From an uncultured Chroococcidiopsis sp. (lineage in GTDB: Bacteria > Cyanobacteriota > Cyanobacteriia > Cyanobacteriales > Chroococcidiopsidaceae), in contig CAXTYC010000001.1 of assembly GCA_964248365.1 (NCBI GenBank), positions 320,001-384,000 of the forward strand: a stretch of DNA of 64,000 nt, read 5' to 3'. Under the pieces are notes generated by a model. That model worked only from the letters and a program-made list of their open reading frames with translations, ran no database searches and was not told where the DNA came from. Shown here piece by piece: positions 39,935 to 50,903 of the stretch (within the stretch, counting starts at the first letter, position 1; the number at the start of each line of letters is the position of its first letter). The translations under genes and the position numbers were made by a program.

Positions 39935-40627
39935 TTAGCGACGAATACGAGTAGAGCGATGTTTGCCCCAAACTCTCATACTCATAATACAGGCAATTAG
40001 CCACACCAGCCCCGCCGCATAACCAGCTGCTACATCAGTAGGCCAGTGAACGCCAAGATAAAGCCGACTAAAACCGATCGCGGCAATTAAAATAATAGTA
40101 CAGATAAAAATTAATTTTCGGTGTTGGGGAAATTTGGTTGCAAGTATATAGCCGATTAGACCATAAATCACCAGTGACACCATCGCATGACCACTGGGAA
40201 AACTATTGTTACCAACGTCAACTATGCGCTTCCATAGTGCAGGTCTTGCCCTACCAAATAGATGTTTGAGCCAAACGTTAAGTCCAATAGCTCCGACTAC
40301 TGCTATACCCAGTGTTGCTGCTGTTGAGCGTTGTCCCTTTTTGAGTAGCCAAATTCCCATCCCCAAAGAAATTACGAACAAAACAGATGGATCGCCAATA
40401 AATGTGATTCCCATCATGGCTTGATCGAGCAGTGTTGTATGTATACGCCTGATTGCTAGCAAAATGCTTGTATCAAAAGCGTAAGTTTCTTTCTCTAAAA
40501 CTTCGTCGGCAATCTGAGCGAACGCCCATAAAGAAAAGGCAGCAAGGAGTATACCCCCGACTCTAATTCGCCAAATTAGTGAGAAAATCCGTGAATTACC
40601 TATGAGACTTTTAAGGCGCGATCGCAT
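39935..40627 (-). CDS. PAP2 family phosphatase
   Basis: Motifs KxxxxRARP, SFPSGH and SRLYLGVHWPTDV. Confidence 0.93.
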   Translation of the reverse strand: MRSRLKSLIGNSRIFSLIWRIRVGGILLAAFSLWAFAQIADEVLEKETYAFDTSILLAIRRIHTTLLDQAMMGITFIGDPSVLFVISLGMGIWLLKKGQRSTAATLGIAVVGAIGLNVWLKHLFGRARPALWKRIVDVGNNSFPSGHAMVSLVIYGLIGYILATKFPQHRKLIFICTIILIAAIGFSRLYLGVHWPTDVAAGYAAGLVWLIACIMSMRVWGKHRSTRIRR

Positions 40628-40659
40628 CTGAAATTATTTTTGCTGGTTATCTTCTGTGT

Positions 40660-40893
40660 CTAGGCAAAATTTTCCCAAGCTTGAACTAATACTTCGCTCA
40701 GGATGCGGCGTTGCTGAGTATCTAACAAGCTATCGTCAGCTAGTACTTGAGCGGTTAAATGTTCTAAGGATTGACCTTGAGAACGGACTAATTTAATTAC
40801 TTTGGCGATCGCCTGGGCAATTAATTCTTCATTAACTGGCTTTTGTCGCAGAGCAACAATTTCTTGGGGACTGTCTGGGATGGGATAATGCAT
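40660..40893 (-). CDS. Conserved cyanobacterial small hypothetical protein
   Basis: YPIP..P.EIVALRQKPV.EEL...GQSLE.L...VLADD.LLD. Confidence 0.7.
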   Translation of the reverse strand: MHYPIPDSPQEIVALRQKPVNEELIAQAIAKVIKLVRSQGQSLEHLTAQVLADDSLLDTQQRRILSEVLVQAWENFA

Positions 40894-41053
40894 GGCGTGA
40901 GTTTACTAAGTTAGGGACTGTTTTTATTCTTCTGACCGAATTGTAAAGTTTTTTTAAAATTTCTCAGGAAACTTGTATTTGGCGAGTTTACCCTGGTCTG
41001 TGCCTTTGTCGCCTCTATCTGCATTGGTAATTAACAAAGCTAAAATCACCAAA

Positions 41054-43201
41054 ATGAAACAACTTTTGTACATCGAAATCCCTACCCCAGATACAGCCGC
41101 AGTACGTACTTGGTTACAAGCGGAATTTGTACCTCTGATGGGGAAAAAAGTGATCACCCCTGAAGGCTTCAGAGTGCAGATGTTTAAAAATACAACCTCG
41201 GCAACAACTATTTCAGATTCTTCTGAACAAAAGCTAGGGGAGATCTCCGCTTTTATTTGGTCATTGCAGCGAACAACCTATCTCAAAGTCTTTCGCTGGG
41301 CAGATAAACCCCTACCAGGGGAAAAGCAAATTCTGCAAAGTCTAACAGCTGGGTTAAGAAGTAAATTTCCCAATCACTACCCAGAACCACCAGCGATTGA
41401 TTCTCAACAATCAATTTTTGACGCACTAGCTGGGTATTACCCCCTCACCGTCAAGTATTTTCAGAAAATGCCCAATGGTGAATACGATCTGAAGCGGGTT
41501 TACTGGTGGGAACAAAGGTGGCGCGAAGGTGTGCGTAATCCGCAGCAGCCTCGACAGGTAGTGTTTTCTCATTCGAGGGGGCAGGCAGAGGGGCAGAGGA
41601 GCAGAGGAGCAGAGGGGAGTGCAAACATAAATTCTCCCCAGCACCCCACTTATGACTTAATCTATGTAGGTGGAGCATTGGGGGTGATTCATGCGGCGGT
41701 GATGGCGCAGCTGGGCTATCGGGTGTTGCTGTTAGAGCGGTTACCCTTTGGACGAATGAACCGAGAGTGGAATATTTCTCGTTCGGAGTTGCACAGTTTG
41801 ATTGATTTGGGTTTGTTTACTCCCCTTGAGTGTGAAAGTATCATCGCCAGAGAGTACAAAGACGGATTTAATAAATTCTTTGATGGTAATAATCCACCCC
41901 ATTTGAAAGCTCCGGTTTTACATACCCCTACTGTCCTGAATGTGGGATTGGATGCGGAAAAACTGCTTTCCCTATGTGGAGAAAAACTCCGAGCGGCGGG
42001 GGGTGAAATTTGGGATGAAACCGAGTTTATTCAAGCTGATATTGATATAGCACAAGTCGTTGTTCATGTCAAGCATTTGCCTACACAAGCAGAAAAACAG
42101 GTGAGTGGGCGCTTACTTGTGGATGCGATGGGAACGGCATCGCCGATCGCTTGGCAATTGAATGGAGGACGGGCGTTTGACAGTGTTTGCCCGACGGTAG
42201 GAGCAGTGATTGAGAGTGGATTTGATCCTGGTGTGTGGGATGGGATGTATGGTGATGTTCTCAACAGTCATGGGGATATCTCACGAGGGCGGCAGCTAAT
42301 TTGGGAGTTGTTTCCAGCCGCCGGAGAGGAAATTACGATTTATTTATTTCACTACCATCAGGTAAATCGTGATAATCCTGGTTCGTTGCTTGAGATGTAC
42401 GAAGACTTTTTCGCCATTCTGCCAGAGTATCGCCGTTGTGATGTAGATAAGTTGGTATGGAAAAAACCAACTTTTGGTTATATTCCAGGGCATTTTAGTG
42501 TGAAAAGCAGCGATCGCACCGTTGCCTTAGACCGATTAATTGCGATCGGTGATGCGGCATCGCTCCAGTCTCCCCTCGTCTTTACTGGCTTTGGTTCCCT
42601 GGTGCGTAATCTAAGTCGCCTCACAACTCTTTTGGATACTGCTTTGAAACACGATTTGCTCAGCGCCAAAGACTTAAATCAAATTCGCGCCTATCAAAGC
42701 AATGTTGCCGTCACCTGGATGTTTTCTAAGGGCATGATGGTTCCGACTGGCAAGTTCATCCCACCAGAGCGGATTAACTGTATGCTCAACAATTTTTTTG
42801 GACTTTTAACCGATGAACCGCCAGAGGTAGCAGATAACTTTATCAAAGATCGAGTCGATTGGCTAACTTTTAACCGACTAGCCCTCAAAGCAGCTAGGAG
42901 AAACCCCGCCTTACTTCTTTGGATTTGGGAATTAGCAGGAACTAAGGATCTTCTACGTTGGTTAGGTAGCTATTTTGACTTTGGTTTAAACGCTCTATTT
43001 AGTGCCTGTCTTAGCAGTTGGTTTCCCAGCTTACTGCGCGTGGGTCAGCCTTGGTTGGAACCGAGATCTCCCAAACTATGGCTAATGTTACTGGCACAAA
43101 GCTACGCTTTGACCGATGGTATGGGTCGTCCCCAATTAGCCATCCGCTACCAGCAATTAGCTGCTATTGGTTCCCAAGAGAATATAGTCGCTGGCGGCTA
43201 G
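41054..43201 (+). CDS. cruA: CruA-type lycopene cyclase (FAD-dependent)
   Basis: N-terminal extension LLYIEIPTPD; GGALG, MNREWNIS, VCPTVG and GDAASLQSPLVFTGFGS. Confidence 0.75.
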   Translation: MKQLLYIEIPTPDTAAVRTWLQAEFVPLMGKKVITPEGFRVQMFKNTTSATTISDSSEQKLGEISAFIWSLQRTTYLKVFRWADKPLPGEKQILQSLTAGLRSKFPNHYPEPPAIDSQQSIFDALAGYYPLTVKYFQKMPNGEYDLKRVYWWEQRWREGVRNPQQPRQVVFSHSRGQAEGQRSRGAEGSANINSPQHPTYDLIYVGGALGVIHAAVMAQLGYRVLLLERLPFGRMNREWNISRSELHSLIDLGLFTPLECESIIAREYKDGFNKFFDGNNPPHLKAPVLHTPTVLNVGLDAEKLLSLCGEKLRAAGGEIWDETEFIQADIDIAQVVVHVKHLPTQAEKQVSGRLLVDAMGTASPIAWQLNGGRAFDSVCPTVGAVIESGFDPGVWDGMYGDVLNSHGDISRGRQLIWELFPAAGEEITIYLFHYHQVNRDNPGSLLEMYEDFFAILPEYRRCDVDKLVWKKPTFGYIPGHFSVKSSDRTVALDRLIAIGDAASLQSPLVFTGFGSLVRNLSRLTTLLDTALKHDLLSAKDLNQIRAYQSNVAVTWMFSKGMMVPTGKFIPPERINCMLNNFFGLLTDEPPEVADNFIKDRVDWLTFNRLALKAARRNPALLLWIWELAGTKDLLRWLGSYFDFGLNALFSACLSSWFPSLLRVGQPWLEPRSPKLWLMLLAQSYALTDGMGRPQLAIRYQQLAAIGSQENIVAGG

Positions 43202-43345
43202 AAGAAGAGGGGGAGCAGGGGGAGCACCCCTGCTCCCCCTGCTCCAGGGGAAATTACCTTTTACCTTTTACCTTTCACCTTTTCCCTTTACCCTTAACTG
43301 GTAACTGGTAACTGGTAACTGGTAACTGGTAACTGATTTCCCCTT

Positions 43346-44701
43346 TCATCCTTTTCTCTTTTGGGTAAAATTCGGAAGTTCAATGGCTGATAGAGATTTT
43401 CTGCCTTTGGGTGGATGTAATGGATAAACAACAGGTGAGGGCCAGTTAGAATTTACCTGACTGGGAATGGCTTTTGTTTGAGTTGAATCCTCCCCCTGGC
43501 ATTGTCTTGTTTGTGGCAGTGAGGGTTCAGAAACACATTTGCTCTGGTGGCTAGCAGCCCAATTTGATTCATCGGGTTGGCGGCGCTCTTTTAAATCTTC
43601 ACTATCTAGGATTAAATCTGCCCTATTGTCAGTTTCTTCCTGATCTAGCAAGTTGAATAAATCTTGCCAGTTAGCATTCTCCTGCTGTACATCAAAATCC
43701 TTAGTAAAGAAGAAACTTTGTTCAACCGAAGAGGTGGGGGAATTAAAGAACGCTGGTTGTCGATCATCTGTTGTTAGCCGTTCTTCGTTGTGTGTCCATT
43801 GACTACTAACAGTTGATTCTACCTTTGTAGGCTCTACATCGCTCCATGACGATGGTTGTACTACCCAAGGTGTTATAGGCTGAGCTTTAGGAAATAAAGA
43901 CGGCGCTTGCTTTGAGTAAATTGTTTGCCCATTTGTGACACTGTATAAGCAGTCGTAATCATCTTGGGATTGATAGCTGCGTACTGGTGCATCTAAACAC
44001 TTTTCTAGAGCAACTTTTAATTGCATAGTGTAGCGTTGCTGTCGAATTAAGCGAGTGCGTAGTTCTTGGCAAGAATTTTCTGTTTGGCTCAGTTCCTGAA
44101 ACTTTTCGTTGTAGTTAGCCTGCGCCAAAGAACACTCTCGTTCCATCTGTGCAATACGTTCCCCGCTGTTTGCTAATTGAGTTGTTAAGGTTTTAATTGA
44201 AATTTGCTGGCGCTGTACTGTTTGATGAGCAGTTTTTAATTTATCCGACAGACACTCAACTTGATCTTTGGCATCTGCAAGATCGTCAAGTTTTTGGGTG
44301 AGCATTAACTGGGCAGTATGCGATCGCTCTTTTTCTAACTGCAATTCATCCTGACAATCGGCTAATGCTTGCTCTAACTGCACTACTTTTTCTAGTAAGT
44401 TAGTGTTAGAGCAACGCATTTGGTGAATTAAGGCAACCATCGAAGCTACATCATCGCAGGTGACTGATGGTATACTTTCGCGCTCCTCTACTCCTTCGGA
44501 AAATGTTGTCCAACTAACAAACTGAGAGTTTTCTGCTCCATACTCCGAGCCATCAAAGGGCATAGTGGCAGAATGATCGGCGATCGCCTGCTCCTCAAAT
44601 AAATCCGCACTGTAAAAGTTTGCTGGCTTGGCTTGTGTTGAATTAACACAACTATACACTTCTGGAAATGGCGAACTCGTTGATTTGTTAGTTTCACTCA
44701 T
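43346..44701 (-). CDS. Coiled-coil hypothetical protein
   Basis: Central heptad region, LKVALEKCL and C-terminal PSPVVYP...SLSAIELP.F. Confidence 0.8.
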   Translation of the reverse strand: MSETNKSTSSPFPEVYSCVNSTQAKPANFYSADLFEEQAIADHSATMPFDGSEYGAENSQFVSWTTFSEGVEERESIPSVTCDDVASMVALIHQMRCSNTNLLEKVVQLEQALADCQDELQLEKERSHTAQLMLTQKLDDLADAKDQVECLSDKLKTAHQTVQRQQISIKTLTTQLANSGERIAQMERECSLAQANYNEKFQELSQTENSCQELRTRLIRQQRYTMQLKVALEKCLDAPVRSYQSQDDYDCLYSVTNGQTIYSKQAPSLFPKAQPITPWVVQPSSWSDVEPTKVESTVSSQWTHNEERLTTDDRQPAFFNSPTSSVEQSFFFTKDFDVQQENANWQDLFNLLDQEETDNRADLILDSEDLKERRQPDESNWAASHQSKCVSEPSLPQTRQCQGEDSTQTKAIPSQVNSNWPSPVVYPLHPPKGRKSLSAIELPNFTQKRKG

Positions 44702-45670
44702 TGTCTTTCACCCAGCGCTTAACAACTGTTGACTGTCTGCCGCTATAGCATCTTTTTGCTCACAGGTCTATTTTTTAAATATTTTCTTCATTATTTAGAC
44801 CTTCTTTAAAAAAAAATTAGATTTTATCTTATCGTTATACACTGCAAATTTCTTACTGTCACAGTCCATTAATATTTTTATATGTAGAAATATGAAGAAA
44901 GAGGGGAGAACTCTTGTGTCCTACCTGATTATTCATCCCACTTTTTCCCCTAAACTACCTTAATGTTATGAAAGTTAATTTATATCACAGTCAATAGCTG
45001 GGCAGCTAGAGCAGTTATACTTGTATTAACTTGTATTAAATAATATTAAGTAGCCGTGTGAACTGACTGATTAGTATAAATGTTCTATTCAAGTTTGTCT
45101 TTGTCCTTAGCTGTGCGTTAGACTGGTTGGCGCTATCTGTCAGTTACCAGTTACCAGTTACCAATATCATCCTTCGCGCCTACCCCTTCGGGATCGCTGT
45201 GCTACACACTTCGCGCCTTCGCGCCTTCCCCCAATCGCCCTTAACCTCTAATAACCAATGACGATCAACACCTAGTATTTCATGGCTCAAATAGGATTGC
45301 TATAGTAAACTGAAACATTCTCTCATTGCCAAGCTAAGTTTAGAAATCAATAAATTATTTGTGTTTATCTGCGATTTCGTTTCCAAGCTATCAAGACCAA
45401 ATATTAATAATAAAAGCAAAAACCTCAAATAGTCTTTATCTTAAATTAATAATTTTATCTTTCAATTAAATTTCTAGATAAGCCGATATCCTTCTAGGCA
45501 GCAGTTATTTAAAAACTGTATAAGATGAAGATTGTTCCATAACCTAAAAATACAAGTCACCCATGCCCACATGACAAAAAATTTGTAATTGATGTAAATA
45601 AAAACTACCCAAGAAACAAATGTTATGACAATAAAAAATATATTTACATCTCAAAAAGCTTTTCACCAGA

Positions 45671-46245
45671 ATGATACTGAAATTTCTACTGCCAGTTGCC
45701 CTATCTGTCACGATTATTTCATCTTTATCTTTCTTTTCTAGTGCTGGAATTGCACAAGAAGATCCCTTCTGCTTTATGATTAACTCATCTGGACAAGTAG
45801 TTAGCCTAAACAATTTGTGTGATGATCAAAGGCGATCTGCAAAAAAAGGCAGCTGGGGTGAAGGACCCTTTGATAAAGATGGATTTCCCATCGCCCTTTC
45901 TCCTGAATTGAATCGTCTCACAGCCGTTGTAAAAGCAAAACAGAAAAGAGGATTTAATAGCAAGGATTCAGAGGAACAATCTACTACTGAATATGAAGAT
46001 CCAGAAGTTCAATCGGCATGAAAAATTTGAAGAATAGTTTGATGAACAAGATACCTTCATTTGCTCGAATGCAATAAATTCAAAAAAAGTTATCAACTTT
46101 GTATAGCCAATCAAAAGACTTAAACCGAGAGGAAGCTGAAAAAATTGAAGCAGAATATAATAAAATTACACATGAAATGAGTAGAGATTCCTGCTATACA
46201 AACATCATGCAGGCGTTCATCAAGAAGATGGAAGAATTACGATAA
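45671..46245 (+). pseudogene. Secreted hypothetical protein, disrupted after 46021
   Basis: Signal peptide plus CFMINSSGQVVSLNNLC. Coding-like sequence resumes in another frame with one internal stop and ends IKKMEELR* at 46245. Confidence 0.6.
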
Positions 46246-46440
46246 TTCTAAGTTTGCTATTACTACTACAAATGTAATTTAAGGTGGGCATTGCCCTACT
46301 AACTACTACTTTGTTGTCAGGTGGGCGAAGTGTGGTAGTACCACATTGGGTCGGGAATGTCCAACAAATATAATTTAACGTGGGCAATGCCCACCCTACG
46401 TTTACTAACTTGGAAATGAGGGTAGCCAAAAATTTATAAT

Positions 46441-46980
46441 CTAAGCGATCGCTTCTAATAGTCGCTCAACACTGGCATTATTAGACAGGAAAGAAAACAA
46501 ATGTTTGTAGCGTAGTTTCCCTTGCTGATCTAATACAAATTGTGCTGGTAAAGGCGCTCCCAACGCTTGTCCTACACCATAAGCTCGAAAGATACCACAG
46601 CTAGGATCGCTTAGCAAGGGCATTTTTAATTTTAAATCATTTACTACTATCTGACTTTGCTTTTCGTCGGTACTTGTAATCATCAAAACTTCTACATTAC
46701 GACTGGTAAACTGCTCGTAGTTTTCGTTCAAAGCTTTGATGTGAGGAAAGCACAAAGGGCAATATTGCTTTTCTGTGAAGATCCGAGTAAAAGCAAGTAT
46801 TACAGGTTGCTTACCTTTGTAATTTGATAGCTTGACTATTCTTCCATTAGTAATATCTGGCAGTGCAAAATCTGGAGTCGTTTTTCCCAAATTTAGACTA
46901 TTGCTAGCAGGAATTGGCAAAAAATTCCGAAAAAACCGCTCATTTAGTAAGCCGCTAAAGTCATTAGAAGTTAATACCAT
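46441..46980 (-). CDS. AhpC/TSA peroxiredoxin-like protein
   Basis: Motifs PDFALPD, YCPLC and PLLSDP. Confidence 0.88.
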   Translation of the reverse strand: MVLTSNDFSGLLNERFFRNFLPIPASNSLNLGKTTPDFALPDITNGRIVKLSNYKGKQPVILAFTRIFTEKQYCPLCFPHIKALNENYEQFTSRNVEVLMITSTDEKQSQIVVNDLKLKMPLLSDPSCGIFRAYGVGQALGAPLPAQFVLDQQGKLRYKHLFSFLSNNASVERLLEAIA

Positions 46981-47159
46981 AAAGGCAAGTGCTGGTAGTA
47001 GTAACTAAGGAAGTAGGGAGTGGAGTAAAGGATGAAGGGGAAAGGGGAAAGGGGAAAGGGGACAAGGGGACAAGGTGAGAATTACTTTAAGCTTCCCCCT
47101 CTCTCCAAGTCTTCCCCCTCGCCTGCGTCCTCTTCTAGCCCCTAGCCTCTAGTCCTTAT

Positions 47160-47771
47160 CTATACAGAAGCGAAGTAAACTTTCGACTTCACTGGGTCGG
47201 GTGTCATAGTTTTATCACCAGGTTGCCAACCAGCAGGACAAACTTCATCTGGATGGCTTTGGACGTACTGAATTGCTTGCAGTGTCCGCAGGGTTTCATC
47301 AACGTTGCGACCAAAGGAGAGGTTGTTAATTGTCGCGTGTTGGATAACGCCTTCTGCGTCGATGATGAATAGTCCCCGCAGGGCAACTCCTGCTTCTGGA
47401 TCTAGCACGTTGTAGGCGGCGCTGATCTCTTTCTTAATATCGGAAACCAGGGGATAATTAAGGTCGCCAACACCACCTGCTTTGCGATCTGTTTGAATCC
47501 AGGCTAAGTGGGAAAACTCACTGTCAACAGAAACGCCCAAAACTTCGGTATTGACTGCCTTGAATTCATCAAAGCGATCGCTAAATGCGATGATCTCAGT
47601 TGGACAAACAAAGGTGAAGTCTAGCGGATAGAAAAACAGGATGACATACTTACCTTTATAGTCAGATAGTTTGATAGTCTTAAATTCCTGATCTACCACA
47701 GCTGTTGCAGTAAAATCTGGAGCCGCTTGCCCAACTCTGAGGCATCCTTCTGCTGCGTAACTTAGTGGCAT
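47160..47771 (-). CDS. 2-Cys peroxiredoxin
   Basis: Motifs [13 protein letters not shown] and EVCPAGW. Confidence 0.95.
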   Translation of the reverse strand: MPLSYAAEGCLRVGQAAPDFTATAVVDQEFKTIKLSDYKGKYVILFFYPLDFTFVCPTEIIAFSDRFDEFKAVNTEVLGVSVDSEFSHLAWIQTDRKAGGVGDLNYPLVSDIKKEISAAYNVLDPEAGVALRGLFIIDAEGVIQHATINNLSFGRNVDETLRTLQAIQYVQSHPDEVCPAGWQPGDKTMTPDPVKSKVYFASV

Positions 47772-47899
47772 TAACCAATTCTCCTTGGTGTGTCTACGTG
47801 AAAAAATACAGGCATTCGAGATTTACCCGTATATAGAATATTTACTTATTTACGAACTGTTACAACTATATCATAGTCATAACGATTTCTAGTTGGCAA

Positions 47900-50062
47900 A
47901 TGGGTGATTTAGATACAAGAGAATGGCTACTGACCAATGGTTTGGGTAGTTTCGCCAGTGGTACAGTTTCAGATGCCCGTACCCGCACTTATCATGGCTG
48001 GCTGATTGCTGCCTTGACTCCACCTAGCCAAAGGACGCTCTTGCTGTCACACATAGATGCCAGCCTGGAAGTAGCCGAAGGGGTGGTGGCGCTTTCGACG
48101 AATTTCTGGAGTATTGGCATAGTGGAACCGTTGGGCTATAAACTGTTGCGTAGTTTTGAGCTAGAGCCAGTACCAACCTGGATTTGGGGTGAGAACAACT
48201 GGCAGCTAAGCCGACAGCTAGTGATGCCACGTTTTAGGGTAGGGGAGCAAAGGGAGGCACAGGGAGAAAAACCACTCGCCACTCGCCACTCACAATCCTC
48301 GTTTTGTAATCGCATATTGATTCAGTATCGGTATGAAGGTTGTGAGGAGGCGGTGCTAAAGTTAAGACCAGTGATTGGCGATCGCAACTTTCACCACCAG
48401 CAAAAAGCGCAGGCGAATTTACAGTTTTCCCAATTAATTGGTTCACAATACGTATGCCTACAAGCAATTAAACCAGGAATTGCGGGAACACCTTGGCAAT
48501 TGCGCTGGAGCCTGGGAGAGTATCAAGCAGATGCAGTTTGGTACTGGAATTATTTATTACCAGAAGAAACTAAGCGCGGACTGGGCGATCGCGAAGACTT
48601 GTATAGTCCTGGCTACCTAAGTGTTACCCTCAAACCAGGAGAATCTGTGACTTTAGAAGCACAGGTAGATAATGGGATAACTCAATCTCCTTTGGATGCT
48701 ACCCTCTTTGAACAAGCCGTAGAGGAAATTCGGAATTCGCAGATCGCAGATCGCCTCTTACCTGAGTGCTCTAATCCAAAATCCAAAATCCGTCTTGGAA
48801 AGTTTGGCGGCGAGGAAATCGACACCGCCACGCCAGTTCGCTCAACGGGGGGAACAGAGGCACCCTCCAGGCTCAACTTTCCGCAAAATCCAAAATCCCA
48901 ATTGTGGCAGCAACTGTTACGAGCTGGAGATCAGTTTATTGTCTATCGACAATCAATTGCAGGACCTACCGTAATCGCTGGTTATCCTTGGTTCAATGAT
49001 TGGGGAAGAGACACACTAATTGCGTTGCCAGGATTGGCACTCAAAACACAGAGATATGACCTGGCAAAAGGATTACTACAAACGTTTGGTCGTTATTGCC
49101 GTTATGGTCTAATTCCGAATGCATTTCCTGATACCGATGCCGAACCGTTCTATAACAGTATTGATGCAACGCTGTGGTGGATTGAAACTTTGGGTCTTTA
49201 CCTGGAAGCTACCCAGGATTGGGATTTTTTAGCCCAACAATACCCTATTGTACAGCAAATCTACAAAGCTTTTACCACTGGCACTAAATACAATATTCAA
49301 GTTGATGCTGCCGATCAACTGGTGAGTTGGGATGCTCCCAATGTAGCGTTAACTTGGATGGACGCAGTGATTTCGGGTAAACCTGTCACCCCAAGGCGCG
49401 GCAAGCCAGTAGAAATTAATGCTTTGTGGTACTCGGTTTTATGTTGGGCTAGTAATTGGGCAGAACGTTTGAGCCACAACCCAGAAGCTAATTCGGAGCG
49501 TCTGAGCAACCAAGCGCGACGCTATGCTCAGCAAGCACAACAGGTAAAACTATCGCTGCAAAAGTTTTGGAATCCAACTATCGGTTATTTATACGACACA
49601 ATTGAGCCAGACGATCGCCCTAATACCCAAGTTCGTCCCAATGCTGTTTTGGCTTTGTCGCTGCATCATTGTGCATTTCCCAATAGTCAAGGGCAACAAA
49701 TACTTCAATTAGCTAATAGCACCCTTGTTACACCCTATGGACTGCGTAGCCTCGATCCTGCCGATCAAGAGTATGTTGGTAGCTATGCCGGAACGAGCCA
49801 ACACCGCGATCGCGCCTACCACCAAGGTACGGTTTGGGCTTGGTTGATTGGTCCATTTATCCGTGCGAGTAAGCGTTTTTACGGCTCTCCACCAGTTGGG
49901 TTTGATTGGCAACCCCTGCTCGATCATTTCCAGCAGCAAGCCTGTCTTGGCTCGATCTCCGAGATTTTTGATGGTGATGCCCCTCACTCACCCCAAGGAG
50001 CGATCGCCCAAGCATGGTCTGTCGCCGAATTAATCCGTCATTGGGATGATATTGGGAAATAG
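47900..50062 (+). CDS. Amylo-alpha-1,6-glucosidase (glycogen debranching enzyme)
   Basis: REWLLTNGLG, AGYPWFNDWGRDT, LTWMDA, YHQGTVW and AQAWS; two in-frame repeat insertions. Confidence 0.93.
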   Translation: MGDLDTREWLLTNGLGSFASGTVSDARTRTYHGWLIAALTPPSQRTLLLSHIDASLEVAEGVVALSTNFWSIGIVEPLGYKLLRSFELEPVPTWIWGENNWQLSRQLVMPRFRVGEQREAQGEKPLATRHSQSSFCNRILIQYRYEGCEEAVLKLRPVIGDRNFHHQQKAQANLQFSQLIGSQYVCLQAIKPGIAGTPWQLRWSLGEYQADAVWYWNYLLPEETKRGLGDREDLYSPGYLSVTLKPGESVTLEAQVDNGITQSPLDATLFEQAVEEIRNSQIADRLLPECSNPKSKIRLGKFGGEEIDTATPVRSTGGTEAPSRLNFPQNPKSQLWQQLLRAGDQFIVYRQSIAGPTVIAGYPWFNDWGRDTLIALPGLALKTQRYDLAKGLLQTFGRYCRYGLIPNAFPDTDAEPFYNSIDATLWWIETLGLYLEATQDWDFLAQQYPIVQQIYKAFTTGTKYNIQVDAADQLVSWDAPNVALTWMDAVISGKPVTPRRGKPVEINALWYSVLCWASNWAERLSHNPEANSERLSNQARRYAQQAQQVKLSLQKFWNPTIGYLYDTIEPDDRPNTQVRPNAVLALSLHHCAFPNSQGQQILQLANSTLVTPYGLRSLDPADQEYVGSYAGTSQHRDRAYHQGTVWAWLIGPFIRASKRFYGSPPVGFDWQPLLDHFQQQACLGSISEIFDGDAPHSPQGAIAQAWSVAELIRHWDDIGK

Positions 50063-50292
50063 GGAGTAGGGAGTAGGGGAAAGGAAACAGAAGACAAAAA
50101 ACAGGAGACAAAAGACAGAATATTTAATTCTTTCATCTCCCCCCAACCCCACTACGCGAGTGACCCCCCTGCCCCCCTATCCCCAGTTCCTTCGGAACCG
50201 GGGACACCGAGTCCCCCCAGCTCCCCTAACAGAGGTGTTGGTAATTTCCTACAATGGTCGCAGAGTGATTTTTAAAAGAGAGCAGCGAATAA

Positions 50293-50754
50293 ATGCCTAA
50301 AACCGTTGCCGATGTTATGAGCCGCGATCCGATTGTTGTGCGCCCCCAGACTCCATTAAAGGAAGCCATTCAGACTTTGGCAGAGCGCCGAATCAGTGGT
50401 TTGCCTGTTGTAGATGAAGGAGGCAAATTGGTAGGTATTGTCTCTGAGACAGACTTGATGTGGCAAGAAACTGGTGTTACTCCTCCCGCCTATATCATGT
50501 TTCTTGATAGTGTCATATTCTTAAAAAACCCTGTCCAATATGAGCGCGATCTGCATAAGGCATTGGGGCAAACCGTAGGAGAAGTGATGAGCAGCGATCC
50601 GGTGACTGTTTCACCTGACAAACCCCTAAAAGAAGCTGCACAACTGATGCACGATCGCAGCGTTCACCGTTTACCTGTAGTTGATACCACTGGAAAAGTT
50701 ATTGGCATCCTCACTAGGGGTGATATTGTACGGGCAATGGCGGCAGGTGAATAG
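50293..50754 (+). CDS. CBS domain pair protein
   Basis: Motifs VADVMS, SGLPVVD, GIVSETD, RLPVVD and GILTRGD. Confidence 0.93.
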   Translation: MPKTVADVMSRDPIVVRPQTPLKEAIQTLAERRISGLPVVDEGGKLVGIVSETDLMWQETGVTPPAYIMFLDSVIFLKNPVQYERDLHKALGQTVGEVMSSDPVTVSPDKPLKEAAQLMHDRSVHRLPVVDTTGKVIGILTRGDIVRAMAAGE

Positions 50755-50903
50755 GGAAGCTGAAGGGAAAAGGGAAAAGGGAAAGGGGAAAAGGGAAAGA
50801 ATTAATATTCTGATCTCCTGTCTCCTGTCTCCTGACTACTGACTAGATATGGCATAGGTGACAGATAATTTAAATATAGTGATAACAAACAATTAACTAA
50901 AAA

